NCBI GenBank assembly: GCA_031552815.1
Contig: JAVBMG010000008.1
Coordinates: forward strand, 54,666-118,665
Source: Opitutales bacterium
Lineage (GTDB): Bacteria > Verrucomicrobiota > Verrucomicrobiia > Opitutales > JAVBMG01
DNA length: 64,000 bases
Direction: 5' to 3'
Shown: one piece after another, positions 40,412 to 49,488 of the stretch
Layout of the letters: every line of letters starts with the position of its first letter
Position numbering within the stretch: position 1 is the first letter of the stretch
Program-made: the position numbers and the translations under genes
The notes under the pieces: generated by a model
Seen by the model: the letters and a program-made list of their open reading frames with translations, nothing else
Told to the model about the DNA's origin: nothing
Databases searched by the model: none

Positions 40412-42511
40412 ATGAAGAAGCATCCGTTTTTAGATACATCTTTTAATATTAAATGGTCCCGTTTGTTGCCCGAATGTGTTGAACCTGATATTGATGCTGC
40501 TCTGGAAGAAGCAAAAAGGAATATTGCGGAGATTGCCGGACAAAGTGAGGACTCTGTTTCCTATGCGAGCACATTGGATGCGCTGGAGAATGCTACCGTG
40601 CGTCTGGATCACGCATGGGGACTGATTTCCCATCTGGATGCTGTATGCAACTCGGACGCTTTGCGAAAGGCTTACAATGCTGTTCTGGCGAAAGTTACCG
40701 ATTTCTACGGTAGCATTCCTTTAAATGCGGAGCTATGGAAGGTCATAAAGGCGTTTTCAAAAACAGAAGAGGCAAAACGCTTGAGCCCGACGAGAAAGCG
40801 TTTTCTTGAGGAAACAATGGCTGGTTTTAAGGCGATGGGGGCGGATCTGTCTTCCGAACAGAAACGGGAATTGGAGAAAGTGCAATCCCAGTTGGCCCAA
40901 TTGACCCAGAAATTTTCGGAGCATGTTTTGGATGCGACAAATGCATGGAGTCTGCTGGTAGATGATGAATCCAAGTTGAACGGATTGCCGGACAGCGCGC
41001 GCGCGGAAGCATTGCAAAATGCAAGGAACAAGGGTCTTGGGTCAGAGAAGCAGCCTGTCTGGCGATTTACCTTGCAGGCTCCTTCCATGCTACCGGTGTT
41101 GACTTATCTGGATGATCCTGCCGTGCGGAAACAGGTCTGGGAAGCTAACAATCTTCTGGGTACACTCGAACCTTATGAGAACGGAAAACTGATAAAACGC
41201 ATCCTGGAACTGCGACAGCAGCGTGCTGAAATTCTCGGAAAAACGCACTTTCCCGATCTTGTTCTGGAGCGGCGGATGGCCAAGGCGGGAAAGCATGCAC
41301 TGGATTTTGTGGAAGGATTGCATGCAAAAACAAAACCGTTTTTTGACAAGGAAGTTGAGGCATTAAAAGCATTCTGGCGTAAGGAATCGAACGCAGATGC
41401 TACCGCGGAGATGGAGCCGTGGGATATCGCCTATTGGTCGGAGAAACTCAGGAAAAAACAATATGATTTTGATGAAGAAGCATTACGTCCGTATTTTCCG
41501 ATGGACAAGGTGATTCGCGGTTTATTTTCAATTTGCGAAACCATTTTCGGTGTAAAGATTTATGAGAAACCGTCTACATATATTGAACCCGGAAGCATGA
41601 CGATTGCCCCTGAGGATGTGACAGAAGTCTGGCATCCGGATGTTAAGTTTTATGCTGTTCAGGATGCGAACGGTGAGCATCTTGGTTCGTTTTACGCGGA
41701 CTGGTATCCGCGTGAGTCCAAGCGGGGTGGGGCATGGATGAATCATCTGATAACGGGTAACCGGGCAAACGGGAAAAAGGAGCCGCATCTGGGATTGATG
41801 TGCGGAAACATGTCTGCTCCCGTTGAAGGAAGACCGGCGCTTTTGAACCACAGGGAAGTTGAAACGGTTTTTCATGAATTCGGACACTTGCTGCACCATC
41901 TGCTTGCGAATGTTGAAGTGAAATCACTGAGTGGTACCAATGTTGCCTGGGATTTTGTTGAATTGCCTTCCCAGATTATGGAAAACTGGTGTTGGGAGCG
42001 TTCGTCTCTTGATCTCTTTGCGCGTCATTACGAAACCCATGCTACCGTCCCCGAAGATCTGTTTAGGAAAATGGTGGCGGCCAGGAATTTTATGTCTGCC
42101 AGTTTCAAGATGCGCCAGCTTTCAATCGGGAAAATTGATTTGGAAATGCACCTGCATGTCAGCGACTTTCTGGAAGGCGATTTGAGTGAGCAATGTCGTG
42201 CTGTCCTGAATGCTTACACAGTAAAAACCGCAACAAAACCCAATCCGATTGTTTATCGGCTTACCCATGTGTTCAGCGACCCTGTCGGATATGCTTCCGG
42301 TTATTATTCCTATAAATGGGCGGAAGTATTGGATGCGGACGCCTTTACGCTTTTCAGGCAGCGCGGTATCATGAATCCCCAGGTCGGAGGTGAATTCCGC
42401 AAAAAGATACTCGCAAAGGGAAACAGCGAAGATCCTGCAAAACTTTATCGCGATTTCATGGGACGTGACCCTGACGCTACCGCCTTGCTTATTCGCTGCG
42501 GTTTAATCTAA
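40412..42511 (+). CDS. M3-family oligopeptidase (oligopeptidase A / dipeptidyl carboxypeptidase type)
   Basis: Zinc motif HEFGHLLHH with a downstream E (VELPSQIMEN). Length and colinearity fit PrlC/Dcp. Alternative starts are 40307 and 40403. Confidence 0.85.
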   Translation: MKKHPFLDTSFNIKWSRLLPECVEPDIDAALEEAKRNIAEIAGQSEDSVSYASTLDALENATVRLDHAWGLISHLDAVCNSDALRKAYNAVLAKVTDFYGSIPLNAELWKVIKAFSKTEEAKRLSPTRKRFLEETMAGFKAMGADLSSEQKRELEKVQSQLAQLTQKFSEHVLDATNAWSLLVDDESKLNGLPDSARAEALQNARNKGLGSEKQPVWRFTLQAPSMLPVLTYLDDPAVRKQVWEANNLLGTLEPYENGKLIKRILELRQQRAEILGKTHFPDLVLERRMAKAGKHALDFVEGLHAKTKPFFDKEVEALKAFWRKESNADATAEMEPWDIAYWSEKLRKKQYDFDEEALRPYFPMDKVIRGLFSICETIFGVKIYEKPSTYIEPGSMTIAPEDVTEVWHPDVKFYAVQDANGEHLGSFYADWYPRESKRGGAWMNHLITGNRANGKKEPHLGLMCGNMSAPVEGRPALLNHREVETVFHEFGHLLHHLLANVEVKSLSGTNVAWDFVELPSQIMENWCWERSSLDLFARHYETHATVPEDLFRKMVAARNFMSASFKMRQLSIGKIDLEMHLHVSDFLEGDLSEQCRAVLNAYTVKTATKPNPIVYRLTHVFSDPVGYASGYYSYKWAEVLDADAFTLFRQRGIMNPQVGGEFRKKILAKGNSEDPAKLYRDFMGRDPDATALLIRCGLI

Positions 42512-42539
42512 ACAGGATAAATTATCTGCAATTAAAACT

Positions 42540-43091
42540 ATGAATATTAAAAACAATAAATGGGTACTGGTTCTGTTATTAGGTTTCATATTTATCATGA
42601 TTCGTCATTCTACCGGCAAATCTGGCAGTGCAGAAGAACCTTTCGGGTTTTCCGATGCAATGCTGGAGCGGTACGATAAGCTGTCTGCATCCATGATGGA
42701 TCGGTGTACAAAGGAATGGGGAATAGCTTCTTTGTCCGATGCTGTTACGCTTTACGATAAAGCGGTCATTCGCGGTGATGCTGATAAAGTAAAATCGTTT
42801 ATTGCCGATTCATCAAAGAAAACCATGAGCGAGAAAGATACGTTGTCTTCTGTTTTACCGAAAAGCATTTATACGGTTTATGCGCACCCAATGGCTTCCT
42901 GGGGAAGCTCTGAGAGAAAAATTTCCGCCGAACTTATCAAATATGTGAAACCGAATATCTCCAATACGATAAGCAGTACTGATTTTTATACTGAAATATG
43001 GGTGTACGAAGAGGGTTCATGGCAATTATACGCCACATCGCAATGGATGCATGTCAGACCGGGTTTTCCTTTGTCTGCCATTGAGCATTAA
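42540..43091 (+). CDS. hypothetical membrane-anchored or secreted protein
   Basis: 183 aa with an N-terminal hydrophobic segment (WVLVLLLGFIFIMI). No recognisable motif. Confidence 0.5.
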   Translation: MNIKNNKWVLVLLLGFIFIMIRHSTGKSGSAEEPFGFSDAMLERYDKLSASMMDRCTKEWGIASLSDAVTLYDKAVIRGDADKVKSFIADSSKKTMSEKDTLSSVLPKSIYTVYAHPMASWGSSERKISAELIKYVKPNISNTISSTDFYTEIWVYEEGSWQLYATSQWMHVRPGFPLSAIEH

Positions 43092-43187
43092 GGGGAAATC
43101 CTAAAAATCACCTTCTTTCCTTAAGATTTAATAGTTGCCAGAACGATTTTTATTTAAACAAAAAATCCTGAGGATAGAGTATTTGTC

Positions 43188-43673
43188 ATGAAATCCGCGA
43201 TTTATCCGGGAACATTTGATCCGATCACATTTGGTCACTTAGACTTATTGAAACGCGCCTGCTGCATTTTTGACAAGGTGTATATCGCAGTGGCAAAGAA
43301 CGCAGGGAAAAATCCTATGTTCAGTGCGTATGAACGCGAACAGCTTATCGGAGAAATTGTGGCTGAAATGAAGCTGGATAATGCCGAGGTTAAGTCTTTT
43401 GACTCACTGACGGTCGAATTTGCCAAGAGCCTTGGCGCAAGTGCCATCATCCGTGGATTGCGAGCTGTTTCAGACTTTGAATATGAATTTCAGATGGCAC
43501 AGATGAATCGTCATTTGTCTTCTGAGATAGAAACGATTTTTCTGATGCCCAGCGAAAAGTTTTTTTACACGAGTTCGACGCTTATCAAACAGGTACAGCA
43601 TTATGGCGGTAACATTGATCGCTTTGTCCCGAAGAACGTACTGAACGCGTTGCGCGAACAACGTCAGAAATAG
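43188..43673 (+). CDS. coaD: phosphopantetheine adenylyltransferase
   Basis: [16 protein letters not shown] (T/HxGH motif), [11 protein letters not shown] and a C-terminal ISSTLIK-like SSTLIKQV. Confidence 0.92.
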   Translation: MKSAIYPGTFDPITFGHLDLLKRACCIFDKVYIAVAKNAGKNPMFSAYEREQLIGEIVAEMKLDNAEVKSFDSLTVEFAKSLGASAIIRGLRAVSDFEYEFQMAQMNRHLSSEIETIFLMPSEKFFYTSSTLIKQVQHYGGNIDRFVPKNVLNALREQRQK

Positions 43674-43678
43674 GGGTA

Positions 43679-44755
43679 TTACGGTTTATTTGCTACGTGT
43701 TCTACCACGTAACGTAATCCCCAGACGACTTCTGCCATTGTTTCATAATCCAGTTTTTCAGGCGTGTCGCTCAGTTCGTGATAATGGTCAGAACGTAAAA
43801 AGGTTGTATCGGTCACGGCAAATGCGGGAATACCTTGTTCCCAGAAAGACCAATCATCCGACCATGCTACCGTTTTGGATATTCTGGGAAAAGACATGCG
43901 GCGTAATTCTATACGGCTATGTTTCTGAAAGACTTCGGCACATTCCTTTGTGAAGGGAATAGAGTTTCTGTTGCTTAGAAAACAGACGTAATCAGATTTA
44001 CTGCTAAGTCCGAGTGTTCCCGAAAACGGCACGCGTTTCTCCTGACGTTCCGGCGAATAGCAACCTAATGTCTCGGGAGTAAGCATGCCGACGACTTTCA
44101 GGTTTTTGTCTTTAACCAGATATCTGGCATAAACAAGGCTACCCATGGCATCGGTCTGGTAAAATGGCGGTTCTTCATTAACAAAAGCAACAAAGCGAAT
44201 GCTGCGTTCCGTCGGAATTTGCTCAAATATACGTGCTAATGCCAGGGTTGCAGCTATGCCGCTGGCATTGTCATTCGCACCGGGTGTTCCTTTTTTATCT
44301 TTGTTGGGATTATCGTGATCATGCCATCCTCTCATGCCCACTTTTGAGTCATAATGGGCTCCAACAATTAAAATCTCGTTTGGTTTAGTAATTCCTGTTT
44401 TTTCTGCTTCGATATTCCACACGGTCATTTCACCGCAATGATAGGGTTCTCCATCGGGTACATAGACCGGCAAACGTCTTGTCCTGTATCCCATTTTTTG
44501 AAATGCTTCTTCTATCCAAGCTGCAGAAGCCTCGAGATTTTCCGGTTGGTAACAGTTGCGCTCCCCAATATCATTGGCAAGTGTTTCAACGGTGACTTTT
44601 AATTCTTTTCCAAGAACTTTTGCGTCACTGGCTTCATGAGTCTCATCCAGATGGGGATCATAGACGGGTGCACAGGCTGAACAGAACAAAAGCAATGGAA
44701 CAATAAATGATAGGGGAAATGGTACGCGTTGAGAGCTAGGAAAGCAAGATGACAT
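43679..44755 (-). CDS. M28-family zinc aminopeptidase (secreted or lipoprotein)
   Basis: VGAHYDS and GANDNASGIAATLALARIF metal-ligand motifs. Signal sequence with Cys (LLFCSAC). Confidence 0.8.
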   Translation of the reverse strand: MSSCFPSSQRVPFPLSFIVPLLLFCSACAPVYDPHLDETHEASDAKVLGKELKVTVETLANDIGERNCYQPENLEASAAWIEEAFQKMGYRTRRLPVYVPDGEPYHCGEMTVWNIEAEKTGITKPNEILIVGAHYDSKVGMRGWHDHDNPNKDKKGTPGANDNASGIAATLALARIFEQIPTERSIRFVAFVNEEPPFYQTDAMGSLVYARYLVKDKNLKVVGMLTPETLGCYSPERQEKRVPFSGTLGLSSKSDYVCFLSNRNSIPFTKECAEVFQKHSRIELRRMSFPRISKTVAWSDDWSFWEQGIPAFAVTDTTFLRSDHYHELSDTPEKLDYETMAEVVWGLRYVVEHVANKP

Positions 44756-44756
44756 C

Positions 44757-45485
44757 TTACGGTTTCCTTTTTATTTCAATCTTTTCACCTTTCCTTTCCA
44801 GGTCGCTGTCATCGGTTACGGACATCAGGACTTCCTGGATGCGTTCCGTGGAATCTTCGCCGTTAGGCGTAAGTGCCTTGATGTTCTCAAAGCGTATGCA
44901 TTTAAATTCAACTTCCGAGAAAGGATAGGGAATGGCAAAACGATCCCAGCTCTTGAAACGTATGGCTTTTTTATAAGCAAACATGCCTATGACGATGGGG
45001 GAATTGCTCATCTCGGCAATTTTCATGGCTCCCTTTTTAGCAATGTAAACAGGGCCTCTGGGTCCGTCGGGCGTGAGTCCGACATCGTTGCCTTCCTCCA
45101 GTCGCCGCAGCATTTCGAGCATGGCTGTCGAGGCCCGTTTACTGCTTGAACCGCGCGCGGTATAAACGCCCATTGCACGGAAGAAAGCGGTAAGCCAGGC
45201 ACCGTCTTTGCTTGTACTGACCAGACAGTAAAGCTTCCTGCCGGGACGTAGTTTGGGAAATATGGCCGGGGCGCAGATAATACGGTTATGCCACAGGACA
45301 AAAATCGACGGTTTTGATCTGTCGGTAAATGCCTTGCGCGATTCGTCGGTCATTTTAAAACGGATAGTCCAGAGCCAGAGTTTTACAAGGGCACAAACAG
45401 GATAAACCAGCAAGTAACGCCATCCTGAAAACACATGTGGTGTTGTGACGGTAGCTTTAGCGTTCTTGTCTGAATTATCTTCCAT
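44757..45485 (-). CDS. DUF374-family lysophospholipid-acyltransferase-like protein
   Basis: LWHNR, STSKDG and TPDGPRGP motifs characteristic of DUF374. I chose the ATG at 45485 (TTG at 45494 is possible). Confidence 0.7.
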   Translation of the reverse strand: MEDNSDKNAKATVTTPHVFSGWRYLLVYPVCALVKLWLWTIRFKMTDESRKAFTDRSKPSIFVLWHNRIICAPAIFPKLRPGRKLYCLVSTSKDGAWLTAFFRAMGVYTARGSSSKRASTAMLEMLRRLEEGNDVGLTPDGPRGPVYIAKKGAMKIAEMSNSPIVIGMFAYKKAIRFKSWDRFAIPYPFSEVEFKCIRFENIKALTPNGEDSTERIQEVLMSVTDDSDLERKGEKIEIKRKP

Positions 45486-45554
45486 AATCTGCAAGGAACG
45501 GTAGCAATAATGAACTGATTTTCAATCCAAGACTTGGGAGGAAGATGCTACCGC

Positions 45555-46040
45555 TTATGCGAGGTCACGGTTTATGTATGCACTGTAGTCCTTGACTGTT
45601 TTCTCGTACTTGTCGTTGAAGAGTTCCGATGAGATAACAAAGTCCGCGGTGGACCGGGTGCAGGCCGTGACGACGTTGTAAAGGACTGCAATGCGAAGCA
45701 ATGCTTTGACATCCACGTCGTGCGGTTGAGGTTCCATCGGGTCCCAGAGAAAGATGATAATGTCGATCTTGTTCTCGCAAATGAGGGATCCGAGTTGTTG
45801 ATCGCCTCCCAAAGGTCCGGATTTAAGGCGGGTGATTTTGACCTTACCCATCAGTTCCCTGTCTTCCGGTGGCAGTGCCGCGAGTTTTTTCTCAATGGCT
45901 TCCTGGACTAACCGTCCGGTTGTTCCGGTGCAGATAAGTTCGTGAGGCACTAATGTCTGCCAATTGTATTCAACCCATTCGATCAGATCCTTTTTCCGGT
46001 TATCGTGCGCGACCAGCGCGATATATTTTGTTCTTTTCAT
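45555..46040 (-). CDS. mgsA: methylglyoxal synthase
   Basis: IALVAHDNRKKDL, CTGTTG and LKSGPLGGDQQ motifs. Confidence 0.9.
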   Translation of the reverse strand: MKRTKYIALVAHDNRKKDLIEWVEYNWQTLVPHELICTGTTGRLVQEAIEKKLAALPPEDRELMGKVKITRLKSGPLGGDQQLGSLICENKIDIIIFLWDPMEPQPHDVDVKALLRIAVLYNVVTACTRSTADFVISSELFNDKYEKTVKDYSAYINRDLA

Positions 46041-46181
46041 AGGATTTATGATTACACAGATAATAATGGGATTTTATGAAGAAGAAAGGTTATTTCCGTT
46101 ATTGTTTGTCCTGTCAGAAGCATTTGTCTTGTAACTTGTGCGGGAACATTGAGTTTATACTTATCAAATCAGAAACGATTT

Positions 46182-48416
46182 ATGAAAAAAATAATATGCT
46201 TATTCTCCCTTATTTTAATGTGTGCCTGGCAGGCTTTTGCCGAAGAAGATACATCGTTACGGCTGCCGGATCCTAAATTCTCTCCGGGAAATGATGATTC
46301 CTGGAAGAATGCGGGTTTTGACGATAGCTCATGGAAAACCATCAAGGCTGATGTGCATTGGGAAAACCAAGGGTACCGAAATCTGGACGGATATGCATGG
46401 TACCGTTTCCGTTTTGTGCTGCCGTCATCTTTCCGCGAAAAGACATTTTCCCAGGATAAAATGAACGTTTATCTGGCGCGAATCGATGACGCGGATGAAG
46501 CCTATTGGAACGGGGTGAAAATCGGAAAAACAGGACGCTTTTATGATGACCAAGGAGGTTACAGTACCAATTTCAATGCCGAGCGGAATTATCAGGTTGA
46601 TGCCAATGCTCCCTTTGTTAAATGGGACCAGGAAAACGTGATTGCGGTAAAAGTCCTGGACGATAACGGTTTAGGCGGAATGAACGGGGCCAAGCCGGTG
46701 ATCCGGATGGTGGACAAAGTACTCATTGATGTCAGTAAAGATGCGGATATTTCCAATCCGGAACTCACGGGAAAAACCGTGATACTGTCGAACGGGTTTA
46801 GCGAAACGATGAGCGGAAGCATGATCGCAACCGTAGTGGATCGTCTTACAGGGAAAGTCCTCGAGACAAAGAAGGAGAAAACGCAGATTACGTCCGGAGC
46901 GACGCATCCTTTCAAGTACCAATTCAAGCATGAAAGAGGACAAATGCTGGAAGTCCGTTACCAGTTCACGGATGAAAAGACAGGTAAAAAGACGGGCGCT
47001 GTTGTGGAATCGTTGCCTTATATTCTGACACCGGTATCTCCAGAGACGCCGCGTGTAAACGGGGCTGATGTATTTGGCGTACGTCCGGGCTCACCTTTCT
47101 TGTATAAAATCCCGGCAACAGGCAAGAAACCGCTTGAGTACAGTGTGGAAAATTTGCCCCGGGGATTGCAGGTGAATAATGCTACCGGTATCATTACCGG
47201 CAAGTTGGAAAAGGCCGGTAATTACACGGTAACATTGGTTGTAAAGAATGCGCTGGGTACAGACAGAAAACCATTTGAAATCAAATGCGGTGATTTGTTG
47301 GCTTTGACACCTCCGATGGGTTGGAACAGTTGGAACTGCTTCGGTGTGAATGTCACGGAGGAGAAAGTACGCGGATCTGCCCAGGCGATGATTGACAAAG
47401 GGCTTATTGACCATGGATGGGCTTACATGAATATTGATGACGGATGGCAGGCCGCAGAGCGTGACGAGAACAATATTTTGCAGCCGAATGAAAAATTCGG
47501 GAACATCAGGAAGCTTGCGGATTGGATGCATGAACGTGGTTTGAAACTTGGTATTTATTCATCTCCCGGTCCTTTGACTTGCGGGCGGTTTTTAGGCTCA
47601 TACAAATACGAAACTTTGGATGCGGATATCTACAATGATTGGGGTATCGACTATCTCAAATACGACTGGTGCGGTTATTCGTCGGTGGTCGAAAATGATT
47701 CGCTTGAAGCGTTTATCAAACCATACCGGGTAATGGAAAAAGCATTGAGAAAGCAACCGCGCGACATCATTTACAGTCTTTGCCAATATGGGATGAAGGA
47801 TGTCTGGACCTGGGGTGCGCAGGTTGATGCGAATACGTGGCGCGTGACAGGGGATATTGAGGATACCTGGGATAGTCTGAGCGGAATAGCTTTCCGTCAT
47901 GGCGTTGACCGGATGGCTCCGTACGCAAAGCCGGGCCGCTGGAATGACCTGGATATGATGATTGTCGGTTATGTCGGTTGGAATGATAATCTCAGAAGAA
48001 CCCGGCTGACATGGGATGAACAGTACATGCATGTCAGTTTTTGGGCGATTCAGGTCACGCCATTGCTCATAGGCTGCGATATGACGAAACTGGATGATTT
48101 TACGGTAGCATTGCTTACCAATGACGAAGTGATTGCAATCAATCAGGATAAGCTGGGGGAGCAGGCGCATCGCGTTGCGAAAGAAGACGGTTATGAAGTG
48201 TGGGTAAAACCGTTGCACGACGGTGCTGTGGCTGTCGGTATTTTCAATCTTGATAATGAATTTAGTAGAATTAAAGTCCGTGCAGAAGATGCCGGAGTAA
48301 ACCCAAACAATAAAGTACGCGATGTGTGGAGGCAGCAGGATACCGGTGTCTTTGGAAATGTTTATGAAGCTGTTGTGCCTCCCCACGGAGCTGTTCTTAT
48401 AAAAGTCCAAAAATAA
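46182..48416 (+). CDS. secreted GH27-family alpha-galactosidase / alpha-N-acetylgalactosaminidase with N-terminal accessory domains
   Basis: Signal peptide. The catalytic domain starts at PPMGWNSWN, with IDDGW and the nucleophile motif DYLKYDWC. The ~380 N-terminal aa are jelly-roll/Ig-like, judged by composition only. Confidence 0.8.
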   Translation: MKKIICLFSLILMCAWQAFAEEDTSLRLPDPKFSPGNDDSWKNAGFDDSSWKTIKADVHWENQGYRNLDGYAWYRFRFVLPSSFREKTFSQDKMNVYLARIDDADEAYWNGVKIGKTGRFYDDQGGYSTNFNAERNYQVDANAPFVKWDQENVIAVKVLDDNGLGGMNGAKPVIRMVDKVLIDVSKDADISNPELTGKTVILSNGFSETMSGSMIATVVDRLTGKVLETKKEKTQITSGATHPFKYQFKHERGQMLEVRYQFTDEKTGKKTGAVVESLPYILTPVSPETPRVNGADVFGVRPGSPFLYKIPATGKKPLEYSVENLPRGLQVNNATGIITGKLEKAGNYTVTLVVKNALGTDRKPFEIKCGDLLALTPPMGWNSWNCFGVNVTEEKVRGSAQAMIDKGLIDHGWAYMNIDDGWQAAERDENNILQPNEKFGNIRKLADWMHERGLKLGIYSSPGPLTCGRFLGSYKYETLDADIYNDWGIDYLKYDWCGYSSVVENDSLEAFIKPYRVMEKALRKQPRDIIYSLCQYGMKDVWTWGAQVDANTWRVTGDIEDTWDSLSGIAFRHGVDRMAPYAKPGRWNDLDMMIVGYVGWNDNLRRTRLTWDEQYMHVSFWAIQVTPLLIGCDMTKLDDFTVALLTNDEVIAINQDKLGEQAHRVAKEDGYEVWVKPLHDGAVAVGIFNLDNEFSRIKVRAEDAGVNPNNKVRDVWRQQDTGVFGNVYEAVVPPHGAVLIKVQK

Positions 48417-48422
48417 TCCGCC

Positions 48423-49427
48423 ATGACAATCAAGAGAACCATTATGTTTGCGGTAGCATGCTTTGCCATGCTGAATGCTACCGTGACGTCCTCTGCCAAG
48501 GACAATAAAAAAACTTCGGGTAATCCGATCTTTGAAGGCTGGTATGCCGATCCCGAGGGAATTATTTACGGAAATGAATACTGGATTTTCCCGACCTATT
48601 CGGATCGTTATGAGAAGCAGATATTCTTTGATGCTTTCTCATCAAAGGATTTGGTCGAATGGACGAAACATGAAAAAATTATTGATTCATCACGGGTAAA
48701 GTGGGCAAAGAAAGCCATGTGGGCACCTTCTATGATCAAGAAGGACAACAAGTATTATTTCTTCTTTTCGGCCAATGATGTCCACGAAGGTGAAATCGGA
48801 GGTATCGGGGTTGCTGTTGCGGATAAACCGCAAGGACCGTACAAGGATCTGCTGGGTAAACCGTTGCTCAGTCAGATCATTAACGGAGCGCAACCGATCG
48901 ACCAGTTTGTATACCGTGACGATGACGGTAGCTATTACATGTATTATGGCGGTTGGGGGCATTGTAATGTTGTTAAGCTCAACAAGGACTTTACCGGAAT
49001 CGAGTCTTTTGATGACGGCACGTATTTCAAGGAAGTTACGCCGGAGCGTTATACTGAGGGGCCTTGTATGTTCAAGAAAGATGGGAAGTATTACTTCATG
49101 TGGTCAGAAGGCGGTTGGGGTAATCCGGATTATTCAGTAGCTTATGCCATAGCAGATAGTCCGTTGGGACCCTTCAAACGTATCGGAAAAATCCTCGAAC
49201 AGGATGCAAGTATCGCAACGAGTGCTGGGCACCATTCTGTCATTCATAATGAAGGTGCCGACGAGTGGTATATTGTTTATCATCGTCGTCCGTTGAGTGA
49301 AACGGCGGCAAATAATCGTGCTACCTGTATTGACCGGATGTACTTTGATGAGAAAGGGTTTATCAAACCCGTGAAAATGACTTTTGAGGGAGTTCCCCCA
49401 TCAAGGGTGAAATCGCCGAAGAAATAA
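48423..49427 (+). CDS. secreted GH43-family glycoside hydrolase
   Basis: Signal peptide, NPIFEGWYADPEG (catalytic Asp region), and WAPSMIK and TEGPCMFK motifs of the five-bladed propeller. Confidence 0.8.
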   Translation: MTIKRTIMFAVACFAMLNATVTSSAKDNKKTSGNPIFEGWYADPEGIIYGNEYWIFPTYSDRYEKQIFFDAFSSKDLVEWTKHEKIIDSSRVKWAKKAMWAPSMIKKDNKYYFFFSANDVHEGEIGGIGVAVADKPQGPYKDLLGKPLLSQIINGAQPIDQFVYRDDDGSYYMYYGGWGHCNVVKLNKDFTGIESFDDGTYFKEVTPERYTEGPCMFKKDGKYYFMWSEGGWGNPDYSVAYAIADSPLGPFKRIGKILEQDASIATSAGHHSVIHNEGADEWYIVYHRRPLSETAANNRATCIDRMYFDEKGFIKPVKMTFEGVPPSRVKSPKK

Positions 49428-49448
49428 AGAATTCAGAATCAACCTTAT

Positions 49449-49488
49449 AACGGTGGCATGGAAATAACATGCTACCGTTTATTTTTTC
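49449..49488. terminator. bidirectional terminator formed by an inverted pair of the motif
   Basis: AACGGTGGCATG-(7 nt)-CATGCTACCGTT, with one G-U pair in RNA, followed by TATTTTTTC. It lies between convergent GH43 and dsbD-like genes and abuts the dsbD stop. Confidence 0.7.

Noticed and set aside
47598-48410. A 270-aa minus-strand ORF inside the GH27 gene. Similar ORFs occur at 21868..22551, 26229..26768, 31015..32237, 54539..55141 and 57183..57665.
   Set aside because: Each lies antisense to a CDS with clear family motifs, and none has independent support.
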